A stretch of 64,000 nucleotides of DNA, from assembly GCA_029717555.1 (NCBI GenBank), contig JAMDHS010000046.1:62001-126000 (forward strand), written 5' to 3'. The notes beneath the pieces were generated by a model. That model saw only the letters and a program-made list of their open reading frames with translations, searched no databases and was not told where the DNA came from. Below are positions 30,035 to 41,910 of this stretch, piece after piece. The stretch comes from Peribolospora baueri (taxonomy: Eukaryota). The stretch's first letter is position 1. Every line of letters begins with the position of its first letter. The position numbers and the translations under genes are program-made.

Positions 30035-31948
30035 ATGGCCCTCCCCTCTCGCCGCTCACGCGGCACAGCCCCCCGCCTATCCGCCCTCCGCACCTTCGCC
30101 CTCGCCCTCGCCCTCCCAATCCCCCTCGCTCTCGCCGCCACGCCGCTCACCTACGACATTGTCGGCTACTCCGGCGTCAGCGCACAGCAAATGTTCCTCG
30201 GAACTGAAAACAAGGTCTACATCGTCGACAAGACAGAAAACAACAACCTCACCGCCAACGGTCACCCCGCCTGGGCATCCGAGTATGACCTCTCCACCAA
30301 CACCGTACGCCCCATGGACGTCGTCACCAACTCGTTCTGCGCCGGCGGCTCCACCCTCGGCAACGGCACCTGGATCAACGCCGGCGGAAACCAGCCCGTC
30401 ATGGCCGGCGGCGTACAAACCGTCCCCCAGTTCTCCCCCGGCCCTTACGACAACGGCGACGGCGGCCCTGCCCTCCGCCTCCTCGACGCCTGCGACGACC
30501 AGTCCTGCGACTGGGTCAACGGCTTCACCATGACCGGACGCAGGTGGTACCCCACCGTCGAGACACTCCAGGACGGCAGCGTCATCATCATCGGCGGCGA
30601 GCAGTGGGGCGGATACGTCGCCGACGCGTCACAGAACAACCCCACCTACGAGTTCTTCCCCCCCAAGGGCGACGGTCAGGCCATCGGCATGCAGTTCCTC
30701 ACCGACACCCTCCCCGTCAACCTCTACCCGCTCACCTGGCTTCTTCCTTCTGGACGCCTCTTCATGCAGGCAGAGTTCCAGGCCATCCTCTACGACTGGC
30801 AGTCCCGTCAGGTCACCCCGCTCCCCAACATCCCCAACGCCGTACGCGTCTACCCCGCGTCCGCCGGAACGGCCATGCTCCCCCTCACCCCCGCCAACAA
30901 CTACACCCCAGAGGTCATCTTCTGCGGCGGCACCAACCTCCAGAAGGACCAGTGGGGCACCGGCGCAGGCCCGGCCTTCAACATCGTCGCCTACCCCGCC
31001 GTGAACAACTGCGACAAGATCAAGCCAGACGACCCCAACCCGCAGTGGGAGGCCGACGACCCCCTCGCCACCCAGCGCTCCATGGGCCAGTTCATCCACC
31101 TCCCCGACGGCACCCTCTGGTTCGGCAACGGCGTCGCCATGGGCACCGCCGGCTATGGCAATACCTCGTTTGCCGTCGGCCAGTCTTTTGGTGATCAGCC
31201 CGTCTACATGCCCGCCGTCTACGACCCCCTCGCCCCCGCCGGTCACCGCTGGACCTCGGAAGGCTTTCAGGAGAGCAAAATCGCCCGCCTCTATCATTCT
31301 TCCGCCACCCTCGTCCCCGACGGCAGCGTCTTGGTTTCTGGTTCCAACCCCAACGTGGACGTGACGACAAACCATTGGCACACCGAGTACACCGTCGAGC
31401 GCTGGTATCCGAGCTGGTACAACGCCCCGCGGCCGTCTAACGCCCGCCTGCCTTCGAACCTCACCTACGGCGGCGCCCCCTTTGATCTTGTCCTCGACCC
31501 GTCCGACCTGGGCAACAACGTGACTAAACTCGCCACCACCCGCGTCCGCGTCCTCCGCACTGGTTTTTCCACCCACGCCATGAATATGGGCATGCGCTAC
31601 CTCGAGCTCAACTCGACCTACACCGCGGATCAATCGGGCAAGCCCCAGGGCACGCTTCACGTCTCGCAAATGCCGCCCAACCCGGCCCTGTTCCAGCCCG
31701 GCCCGGCGCTGCTGTTTGTTGTCGTCGACGGCGTCCCGAGCAACGGCAAGTTGATCATGATCGGCTCGGGCGTCATTGGTACGCAGCCCACGTTCCCCGT
31801 GACCGAGCTGCCGGCGAGCCAGGACGCGCCGGCGAACGCGACGGCGGTCGGCCATGCGGGCGGCGGCAAGAACGCGGCGCCGCGAGCGGGCGTTTCGGTT
31901 CACGTCTTGGCCCTCGTCGCCGCCCTCGCACTCGTCCTCTTGCCTTGA
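30035..31948 (+). CDS. Copper-radical oxidase (glyoxal oxidase, AA5_1-like), 637 aa, intronless, probable GPI/membrane anchor
   Basis: SGVSAQQMFLG, NSFCAGG (Cys), RRWYPT (Tyr), NLYP, RLYHSSA (Tyr-His), GSNPN, FSTHAMNMG (His); N-terminal hydrophobic signal and hydrophobic C-terminus VLALVAALALVLLP. Confidence 0.95.
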   Translation: MALPSRRSRGTAPRLSALRTFALALALPIPLALAATPLTYDIVGYSGVSAQQMFLGTENKVYIVDKTENNNLTANGHPAWASEYDLSTNTVRPMDVVTNSFCAGGSTLGNGTWINAGGNQPVMAGGVQTVPQFSPGPYDNGDGGPALRLLDACDDQSCDWVNGFTMTGRRWYPTVETLQDGSVIIIGGEQWGGYVADASQNNPTYEFFPPKGDGQAIGMQFLTDTLPVNLYPLTWLLPSGRLFMQAEFQAILYDWQSRQVTPLPNIPNAVRVYPASAGTAMLPLTPANNYTPEVIFCGGTNLQKDQWGTGAGPAFNIVAYPAVNNCDKIKPDDPNPQWEADDPLATQRSMGQFIHLPDGTLWFGNGVAMGTAGYGNTSFAVGQSFGDQPVYMPAVYDPLAPAGHRWTSEGFQESKIARLYHSSATLVPDGSVLVSGSNPNVDVTTNHWHTEYTVERWYPSWYNAPRPSNARLPSNLTYGGAPFDLVLDPSDLGNNVTKLATTRVRVLRTGFSTHAMNMGMRYLELNSTYTADQSGKPQGTLHVSQMPPNPALFQPGPALLFVVVDGVPSNGKLIMIGSGVIGTQPTFPVTELPASQDAPANATAVGHAGGGKNAAPRAGVSVHVLALVAALALVLLP

Positions 31949-32822
31949 TCATCCGCCGGTCCGCCCATCCGATATGGACTTCTTTCGTCTTCCTTTGTTT
32001 ACTGTTTTTTATCACCCAAGAGATCCGTAGCATCCCTCCGTCTTTTTCTTTTTCTTTTTTCCTTTTGGTCGCCGCTTTTTTTTTCCCCTTGGACGCTGCT
32101 TCATGGACAAGATCCCCTTCCCGTCGGCGCGACCCTGCATTCGTCTGTTTTTTTTTGTGGTATTTCCCTACGATGTCCTTGTTGTTTTGGTACATGCGAG
32201 GCGATGAGACGAGATGCGACGATGCGATGACGATGCGACGAACTTCACGCCCCTCGCATAGGTACCCTACTCTACCTGCGCGCCATGGATGGAATGGACC
32301 TGTTTGGTTTCGTCTCGTTTGTCCGAACCGGGACTGTCTGCCTGTCTCTCTCTCTGTCTGTACGTATGTACGTATGCACGTACTATTGCCGCCGCAAGGA
32401 TTACGCCCTCCTGCCCGGCCTCCCTCCCCTCGTAGTTTGGTAGCTTGTAGCTTGGTAGCGGTAGCTTGATAGCTTGGTAGCTTGCTTGGGCAGTAGGTAG
32501 GTAGGTAGGGAGGTGAAGAAAGAAAGAAAGAAAGAAGGGTTAGGGTAGCGCAAGCGAAAGGTGGCTCTCCGTGTCGTTCTCGTTGTCGTTCTCGTTTTCG
32601 TCTTGCCTTTTCTTTTCTTGTCTTTTCTTTTCTTATCTCGTTCTCGTCTCGTCACGTCTCGTCTCGTCTCGTCTTTACACGCCACGCGACATGTTCGACA
32701 CGTCGCATTGCAATGGAAGACTAATAAATGATCCTGTACCTCTGCTTTTGGCTCACTCTCACTCCACTCTACTCTCACTCCACTCTGTGCAGTCCAGTCC
32801 AGTCCAGTCAGTCTTCATTACA

Positions 32823-33900
32823 TTACATTACCCCTCGCCACTCCCTCTGCTTAGACAGAGAGACAGCGCGTATCGTAGGACGCAAGCTAGTATCGACCCC
32901 GCTTATAAACCTATAAACCTTGGCTGGCAGCTGCGTCGGAGACTCGCAATTATGACGGGACGGGTACTGCGAAGGTTTCGCTACCTCTTCGAAGATGCAA
33001 AACCGGGGCCCATCTGCCGGAAGGGTAGCTCGCTCCTTCTGGGGACGGAAAAGGATGTCCGTCTTGAAGACTCTGTTCAGGCCAGGCTTCTGGGGCGTAT
33101 GCGTAACATGTACTTTGTACCATTGGAATATTCCTTTGTGAGTGCTAAGGATTGGAGCTTTGTTCGATCTCCGTTTCTCTTCGTGATTGTTGCTAATCCG
33201 ATATCGTTAACCTTAACAGAACTCGCAGGAGAACATCTGAAGTCGAACAATCCTGTTATTTGTCCGAAAGGATCCTCACTTACATGAAGTAGGGGAGGAC
33301 ACAGGACAGTGTGTAGCTATCTCCTTTCTTTCCGTCGTAGGCATAGGTAGCCGTTGTGTACGGCTTTATTCGTACGTCTTTTCTTATTTCCCTAGAATGG
33401 TCTCACTTCACCATAGAGACGCTCATCCTATTCTGGAATTTGTCCCTTGCCTTGTTGTTCCTTGGTTTCTTCGCGCATATGGCCTGCTGCGAGCATAGGC
33501 GTCTCGCCTGAGGGTCTACCTGGCTGCTATGCTGGCCTCAAATCAGCCTGCTCCCCCCCGGTCGAATGTTTCGACAGTTGGATTGCGCCGATGGTTTCAT
33601 CCTGCTCGGTCTGGTCGTGCGAAAGGTCGTTGTCGTCATTACTGTTTGGTGAGCTGAGACTATCTATAGTAAAGGCAGTCAAAAGAAGACGGAGGCCGGC
33701 CGGAGCTGACAGACGTGGATCGATGCTCGGCAACCTCATCAACGCGGTGTTTTTCCTCCAACCGCAAAAGGAACCGCAAAGGGATATCCAATCCATCAAC
33801 GCAACTCTTCCCAGTGAGTTTGAACGCCAGATATAGGCTCCCACTGGCCTCTGACTCGAACCCGACTTACCCTCTCTGCCCTTATGCCACTCTCCAGCTG
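32823..33900 (-). pseudogene. Remnant of a spliced gene of unknown family
   Basis: Exon 33391-33284 (EIRKDVRIKPYTTATYAYDGKKGDSYTLSCVLPYF) joins in phase across a 91-nt GTAAGT..TAG intron to a stop-free exon 33192-32823. Upstream exon-like segments contain in-frame TAG codons. Confidence 0.4.
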
Positions 33901-34944
33901 TCATGACTTCCCTCTTGGTAAGCTGCTGATTCGCCTTCGACGTATAGGTGCTGCGTAGTGACACGACTCGGCTTCTTCTTCCCGTCGCCATCCGCCTTGC
34001 ACTCTGCTGAACCTTTGCGAAGAGGCCGCAGAACCTAAAGCTGTCAGCGTCTATGGGATCGAGACAGACGCTCACAGCTTTGACCATGGCCCCGGCTACG
34101 GCTCTTCGCACGGCGTGTCCAGGCTGTCGGCCACGGCCCGAAATCGTCGGCGGCGGGAGGATTGTCGGCGAGCGGAAAGAAAAGCCTTCAGTTTTTCGGC
34201 AGCCGGGACGCGATTGCTTCCTCGGGGGCAAGACAAGCATCACACCAGGGCGATTATAAGGTGAAGGCGAGGTCGTCTGAGAAGCCAAACGGAGAAGAGC
34301 GAGAAGGAACCGCGCCGTGACACGAGGACCTTCCAATACATTGCGCAGACCGCACACAGCGCCCCGACCCCGGTTCAAAATGTCCGGGGTCGGACCTGGG
34401 GCCGTCATCGCGTCATGGAGACGCAAGTACTGCTGCTCCACTGCCATCGGGCACGAGCGCCGCGTGTGGAACCACCGTCCCTATAACCTCGAGGGCGAAA
34501 AAGGTGGGCGCGGACGAGGACCACACGTCCCTGGCTTGGAAGCAGGTGAGGACGGGAGGAGGCCACGCTGGTCGCAGATTGCGCGTACGACAGCATGACG
34601 AACGCGCCCAAGGTCAATGTCGATCATCCCGTCAAGGTCATCCGGTGTCAATCACTCAGGCGCAAGGTTGGGTGAGGGGAAGATGGCGGACCATGGCAGT
34701 TGTGCTTGACTCAGATCAGCTTGCACGACTTGATAGCCCTGACAAGAGCCGAGCAAGAAACAAAGCGTCAGATTCAACGCGTGTCAAAAATAGCTGTGAT
34801 GCCGGGCTGATTTACCAAAGGCGCCTGAACCCTGCTGAATATGGCCGTGGCCGACGCGCACGGCTGTCCGCCGTCTCCATCACTCGTCTGCTCCAATGCC
34901 GCGGACGGGACAAAGCGCTGCAGCTGTTGGGGAATCTTAATTAC

Positions 34945-35975
34945 CGTCCCTCGTCCAAAGCTGATCCCGAGGGATCTGGCACGAAGGCGAGCGGGAGGCC
35001 AGAAGGAACAAATACAGGTCGGGGTCCAGCGGTGCGTCTCGGCGCTATTGGGGAAAGAAGGGAAAGAGGGTAGACCAGGTACCGGTCAGGTAACAGCGAG
35101 GGAGCAGTGAGGTCGCAAAGCGGAAAAGAAGAGTGATTATATGCGGTTGGAAACAAGTGAAAATGAAATGGAATGTGAGTGTGAGAGAAACAGAGATGAA
35201 ACGCCATACAGGTGGCAAGGAGCCGGAATCGGTGATGGTGATGATGAGGATGAGGATGACGGTTCCCAGGGCTTCTCTGTTCAACTCACCCATATAATTC
35301 TCAAACCGATGGCGAAGCAAACGGACGGGACAGCCACCCACTTCACCATCGCCTCGAGAAGGACCCGGGTAGACTCGTTGTTGTAGGCGACTTCCAGCAC
35401 GACATGAGGGCCCTACCATCGAGCCAGTGCCGAAAACGTTAATCGATCAGTGCTCCACCTTCGAATAACTCGGCGGCAGCGTTGCTCGACGTCAGAGAGG
35501 ACATATGCATCACCCTCACCTCGTCGTGGTTGGCGTAGGCAGGCGAACAAGCACCATCTGGCTCCTTCCGAGCTGAAGGGATGCCATTATAGCCCCTCAC
35601 CATCGCGTCAGGTGTGTACACGATGTACTGTTCGGGGAGATGGTGTTCTCTGGTCCTAGACTTGGCCATCCGGAGAATGGGCCCTTGAACGAGGTCGTTC
35701 ATGACCGCAACGGCACGGGCGTGTGGACCGGATGGGTCGCCAAAGACGTAGATGTTGCCGTCTTTGTACCCGAGGGCCCAACACTTTCCCTCAGTGCGAG
35801 AGGCAAACTCTTCGAACTCGTCCGTCGTCGCCGGTCCAACCAAGTAGGGGCCTCCGGTCGTCTCTCCATCCTTTCCATTTCCATCGCGGACGCCCGTTAG
35901 GCCCGAGTAGCTAGCTTGTACCCCTCCATGAGCTTATCGAGCTCGTCGCCATGAAGGAGGGCTGGGTGCCTCTGG
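34945..35975 (-). pseudogene. Uma2-like PD-(D/E)XK endonuclease-fold gene, probably frameshifted
   Basis: GDPSGPHARAV...KEPDGACSP..E|GPHVVLEVAYNNESTRVLLEAMVKW..AIGLRI across a phase-0 intron (35519-35413). No clean in-frame start, and the last exon appears to shift frame. Confidence 0.6.
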
Positions 35976-37293
35976 GAATTTTTTTTTTTTTTAAGGAGAA
36001 GACGGAATCGACGCGTTAGTAACAGGAGGTGCTAGCTGGGGATGAGAAAGGGACGAGGTGCTGTCAGAATTCGAACGGGGAGGCGTCAGAGATTTGCGCC
36101 GGTAGGAGGAGACTTGGGGGTTGTCCAAAGGTATCTGAGGCAAACATGACAAATCGGGAGCCTATTTAACGATTTTATGCGCGGGGTGCGTGCAAGCATT
36201 GGTTTTAGGGGTGGTGAGACAGAAAATAAACGCGGCGAAGACAAGAACGAGTTGGTGGGAGGAAGGACGCAAGAAGGATACTGAGGCGATTCGGGTCACG
36301 TCCCGTGTCGAGGCGTCATAGCCGCCAAACTTGTTCACCTCAAAACGTCCCCAGCAAGCGTTTGGCTAGAAGCGACGGTTCATTCCGTTCCATTCCTTTG
36401 GATTCGCTATTAATGTTCACCCGTCGTAGAGCCACCTATGTCTCCTCTACGAGCATGCCATTTCTTGCCTTTCACGCTTCTTATCTTTCCTGCAGTCGCA
36501 CTCAACTGGAAAATGTCAGCACTACACTCCTCCATCACGCAGTCCACAGCCCACTTTGCGAGACCACTCTAGCTCGCAAGCCTGGCTGCGTCATCACCGC
36601 CCTCGGGAGGCCATTGGCGATCGTCCTGATAAACCACGAGGCCCCCTCTTTTGTCTGTTGTCCCATGTCGAGATGGACATGGACAGTATGGCCTCGTGAG
36701 GTAACGGAAATGGCCGCCTCTGTATGCAGTAGATAGCTCAACGTCGAGGGAAACAATTATTTGCGTCTTATAGATGGCTCCAGGGCGGGACATGTCCCCT
36801 GACCGAGTATTCTGTGATGCCCCAAGACCGTACCACGGCACGCCTAACGATAGACTGCTCACGGACCCGGGCTCTACTTAAGTCAGCTTGTGTCATGAAT
36901 CCTGCCGGTACATATATTGCTTCTGGGATTGGTCAGTAGCCAGACTGACCAAATGCGCCTTTTGCTGGCCTAGATGGATTGTGTTTCCCAAATTCAATCC
37001 TGATAGCTTGATAGCGTGAGAGAGCATGTGCTCCTCGACGCCGTGTCGGCTACCCACCACCACCTCTCACCGTCCTTAGCCAGCTTTACCAACACCGGAC
37101 TACCACCCCTCGCTGCATGGTGTTGCCGACATCTAACAGGGGCTCTACGTAAACGCCCCTACTGGGAACCAGGTAGTTCATTGCCTAGGCGGTGCAGCTA
37201 TGAGTTACGTCCTTCACGGTTCCACTTCGACTTGACTCGACTCGATTCGCATACCTTCGCGCACAACACGCCACGCTACGGCCGGCTATCCTA

Positions 37294-40200
37294 TCAGACG
37301 ATCCGAGACGTCCTCCTCTCTCCCGTCGCACCCGCGCCAGAGGGCGAAGGAGAAGGAGAAGAGGAAGGAGAGGAAGAAAGAGTCGTCGTCGAAGAAGAAG
37401 TCGGCACCCCGCCGCCGCCGCCACCGCCGCCGCTCGCGTTCACCATCCCAGACGGAACACCTCCGCGGACGAGGGAGAAGGGCGAGCGAAGGACGCCGTT
37501 GATGGCGTTGGACGCCGCGCTGACGGCCAGCTGACCGGGCGAGTCTCTTCGGTCTTCCTCCTTGAGCAGGAAGAGCCTGATCGAGGTGCCGTTGAAGACG
37601 GCAAACGGGACCATGGCGTGGACGAAGATGCCTGGACAAAAGATTCATCTACCTCAGTCTCCGCCTCCACGGTGCTGCCAATTCTGCTACGCGCTCACCT
37701 CCCCACAAGTACGACAGCAGCCAGATATGGGCTTGTTCCGTCCATCGGAACTTGCGCGGATCTATACGAGCGAACAAGCATGTTTGTCATCAGCCGGAAA
37801 CGAGAACCAGCGGTCCAGCGAATCGCACACGCACGTATGGGCTGCGCAGGCGGCAAGATGCCCACGAGAGTGGCCGACTTGAGAAAGTCCAACACAGCCG
37901 CGTCCACGTTGGCCCCAGAGGAGGCCTGGTGGGACTGAGCGAGCGAAGAGACTTTGGGAACCAGCTCGCTGAGCATGAGCTGGATCGAGTCGAGAGGGAG
38001 GCCCTTTTGCCACGACGTCACCTGGTCGTCCGTCCACGGACGGGCGGTCGGAAATCGACACAAATCGGAGAGCACATGCGTGTACGATCAGAACAAAGCA
38101 CCGGTAGAAATCACACTGCGAGGAGAACACGACTTACCCATTCCTGACTCGGAACGAACCCGTTCTTGCCCACCGCAGCGGCCGCCGCTGGCACGTCCTC
38201 CGGATCGATCAACTGCGCGTCCTCGGCCTGGGCCGAGCCGACAGAGCCAAGGGCGACGGACGAGACCGACAGCTGGCGCATCTTGCCTCGCGCTTTTTCC
38301 GATGGCGGCGTCGCCGACGCATCCGACGTCGCACCCTCATTCGTCTCTTGCGTCGCACCCGTCGGCGAAGCCGCACCCGACCGCTTTCCACCCGCCTCTT
38401 CTCCGACGACGGCCTCGTCGGCTGCATCCGCAGCCGAAGTCGAAGCGGCCGATCCGCCAGCCCCATCCTGGCCCGTCATCCCTTTCTGCATCGCCGCAAC
38501 CTCGGCGGCTTCCTTCTCCGCGAGCGCCGCCTTCTCGTCCTTTGCCGGCGACGCTATGCCTTCCAATGACGTCGGAACGTCAGGCAGGGCCGTCTTGCCT
38601 GACCGGGGGCTCGACGGAGCTGTGCCGGTACCGGTGAGCGTGCCCGGAGCTTTGTTCTTCGCACTCTCCTTAACGCGCTTCACCTCGCTCAGTCCCTTTC
38701 GGAGCGTAAAGGTTGCGAGCTTGTCGAAGGACTGGTGGCTTCGGATCACGGCGTAGATGAGGTTTGGGTTGTCGGAGTACCTACACGGTGATGGGCGAGT
38801 CAACGAGCACGGATCAGCGTTTCGGCCTTCGGTTCATTCCGTCGTCAAAGAGGTCGACCGATGGTGATACCGTATTCGACTTACTGATAGTGAATCACGT
38901 TAGTGAACGCCTCGAGCAGGTAAAATACGAGTCGCGGGTTGCCCTCCTCGCAGAGGACGAAGCCAGGGGACGACATGCTCTTGAAGAGTTGCAACAACCT
39001 CGTGGCGCTGACGACACTGAGATGCTTGAAGTAAGGGCTCGCGTTGGTGAGCGTGATGATGAGGGGAAGGTAGAGGTTTGAAAGCGTTCCACGGGTGGAG
39101 GCAATAAGGGTATAGATGGACTGGACGAGCGTGTCGGCCGCCGTGCCTCTCGAGGTGGCGTAGCGAGAAGGTAGACGGACTTTCGCAGGGAGCGGTTTGT
39201 TGAGGTGCACGCCGAAGGAACGGTCGGCGGAGAGGTCCTGAAGAAGGAAGATACAGGTGCGGACGAGACCTTGCTGGGCTGTGAACCGGTCATGAGGGAA
39301 AATAATCAGATGACGATTCACGTTCACGGACGAGACAGCCTATCCTCTCTCACCGGGATCGTCCTTGAAGAAGAGACTGTAGTATAGAAGGAACGCCAGT
39401 ATCTCCGGCGATCGCCCGTTGTCGAGGAGGAAGGATCGATATTTCTGACCAAGGCAGCCGCCCACGACAAAACGATCAGCCGCACCGAGCTGCAAGGTAA
39501 AACGAGACTTTCGCCTGCGTGCTAAAACGCCTCACCTTGTTGCAGTCTACGAGCCTCCAGAACAGAATAAGCGCCTCGGGAACATACTTGACCGGCTTCT
39601 GGCTTCCAGGCAAGAGCTGTGCGTTGGCGCTCATCGGCTGAGCGAAGACGCCGAAGATGCCGTTAGTGACAAACTCAAAGTCGGCCCGGCGATGGAGTTT
39701 GGAAAGGTAGAAGCGGAAGCCGTTGGAGGACGGGGTGGAGGAAGAGAAAAAGTCAGGAGACTCGACCGCGGCGGGGTCGAGGGAGAGCGAGGTAGGCGCG
39801 GATTTAGGGGGGTGATAGGCGAGAAGGACGTTGAGGACTTGCAACGAGAGGGTCACGAGCGGGTCTCGCACGTCCTCGCCTACGACGCGCTCGTAGACGA
39901 GGTGGTTATAAGGCAAGGTGAAGAGGCCGGAGGAGGTATGGCGGACAGAAATGTTGAGGAGGCTGCAGAGGAGGCACAGGACGACCGCCCGGGGCATGGA
40001 CTGGACGACGAAGCGGACGTATGGGTTGTCGGTGGAAGTGGAAAGTGGCGCGGCGACGTACATCGTCTTGGAGAAGAGGGCGAGGAGGAGACGGAGAAGC
40101 TCGACCTTCACGGCGTCCAGCTCGCGATTGGAGCCAATGTCCGTAGAAGAGCCGACGCCAGCCTCCCAGATCTGGTGATTGATCCGAGGTGCGTCAGGCT

Positions 40201-41342
40201 CGGTGACGGGGATGGCAAAGTTTCCGTAGAAGAGAAGGTCTACGACGGCGGTGAGAAGGCGCTCCGCGAGCGTCGGCAGCGCTTCTTCCATCGTCCCGTC
40301 TTCGCTGTCGCCGTCGTCCTTCTTGCCCTCTTTGTCGTTCTTCCCTCCCTCCTCCGCGCCTTCCACCTTTTCTTCATCAGCGCCACCACTACCGCCGCCG
40401 ACGATGCCCTCCTCTTCCTCCTCATCATCGATCACAAACTGCGACTCTTCCGGCTCACCGGACTCGATGCCCTCAGCCTCCGCGACCGGCTTCCTGACTC
40501 TCCTCGTCTCGCGCTTCCAGAAGAGCTCCCTCTCAAATTCGCTCATCGACCGGTCCGCTCCCGACGCCGCTCCGTCCGTCTGCTCTCCCTCGAGGATGCA
40601 TGGGACGACGCGCGCCAGGACGCGCACGCAGTTCAGCGCTTCCTTCGTCCTGTCCCTGCCATTCTTGCCCGCTCCTCCCGCTCCGGCGCCTCCGAAGCCG
40701 ATCCCGAGCGCCAGGCCGCCGAGAGCAGAGGAAGCGGACTGAGCGGCGAACTCGGGGTCAAGGATGAGGGAGAAGAGGTGGGCAGAGAGAAGGAGGACAA
40801 GAGTGCGAATGTTCTCGGGTGCCTGCTGAAGCGCCCTGCGCACGTCGGAGATGGAGAGGAGACTGAAGACATCGGAGGGTGTGTCGAAGATGCGCGTGTA
40901 CTGGGTCGGAGCAGGTGCCAAAGGGGACCGCCGCCGGTGCGATGCGGAGCCACGGTCAGAAAGGAAGCGAGGCGACAAGCTCAATTCTGTAAAACTGTTC
41001 GTCTACTCACCTGTGACCAGTACCGGTCGTCAGTGGGAGGGATGTTCTGTGTCAAGTTGGAGTGGGATAGAAGGAGCAAGGGGGCCATCGTCGGCGTCCA
41101 TCCACGCACAGACATTCATTCGCATGATGAGGCCCACGTCTTCGTTCACTCATCCATCAAACTCAAGCAACACCCTTTCCTTCTCCCTCTAGCCTCTCCT
41201 TCACCTTCCTGTATCCCCGGCCCACCTCCGCTCGTCATCCACTCACCCTCTCCTCGAACAACCTGGGAATGCCATTGGGAGCCCTCTTGAACTCGAGCTT
41301 GGCGTCGTCTCCAAAGATGAGTTTCTTGGGGAGGGAAAACAT
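37294..41342 (-). CDS. HID1: HID1/Ecm30 (dymeclin-like) Golgi protein, multi-exon
   Basis: MFSLPKKLIFGDDAKLEFK..IPRLFEER|NIPPTDDRYWSQ|YTRIFDTPSDVFSL, ALNCVRVLARVVP, IWEAGVG, FRFYLSKLHR, NPNLIYAVIRS, WQKGLPLD, FNGTSIRLF. Confidence 0.9.
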
Positions 41343-41465
41343 CTTCCCTTCCTCCTGGAACCCGGTCTGCCGGCGAGCTCTGGGCGGTCTGTGAGGTGCG
41401 AATCAAACGTGTCGGCACGTCGATCGCAGCTCGACCCAACGATCCCCATCATGGGCGGCCTGTGA

Positions 41466-41476
41466 TGCCACGTGAC
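41466..41476. promoter_or_regulatory. TGCCACGTGAC element upstream of HID1
   Basis: Same motif as in the DNAJC3 promoter (reverse complement), about 125 bp before the HID1 ATG. Confidence 0.45.
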
Positions 41477-41584
41477 TGGTCTGCTGCGCGACGGCTAACT
41501 GCGGAGGCAACCTTGAAGGAGACAGACATGGCACGCTACAACAAATGGGGATTTATTACAAGATGAGGAGGAAAGGCGACAGCA

Positions 41585-41669
41585 GACGAATGGCGACAGA
41601 GGACGAATGGCGACAGAGGACGAATGGCGACAGAGGACGAATGGCGACAGAGGACGAATGGCGACAGAG
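41585..41669. repeat. 17-bp minisatellite (GACGAATGGCGACAGAG) x5
   Basis: Five perfect head-to-tail copies with degenerate flanking partial copies, between the BXI1 stop and the HID1 start. Confidence 0.97.
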
Positions 41670-41910
41670 GGAGAATGGCCGCGAGACTAGGGAGAGAGAG
41701 GGTGCGCACAAATTCGAGAGGAGAGACGCGAACGAGAGCGAATGTGGACGACGGCGGTGGACGATGTGGAAGCGAGTCTTCGGTCGGCAAGTCAGCTCAT
41801 GGCGCCGGCCGGTTCGAGGAAGAGGGCCGCCCCTAGGAAGGGGCACGACCAGGTATTGCCATCGACCATGCGACCTGGTGCACCTGAACGAGCATGTTAC
41901 GCGGACTCGA

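Noticed and set aside
32535..32550. Telomere-like TTAGGG
   Set aside because: Single copy within a low-complexity tract.
39692..41290. 532-aa plus-strand ORF
   Set aside because: Antisense shadow of GC3-biased HID1 exons with no recognisable motifs. The same applies to 30629-31903 (-) and 48016-49044 (-).
41585..41669. Possible CRISPR array
   Set aside because: Repeats are directly adjacent with no unique spacers, there are no cas genes, and the context is eukaryotic.
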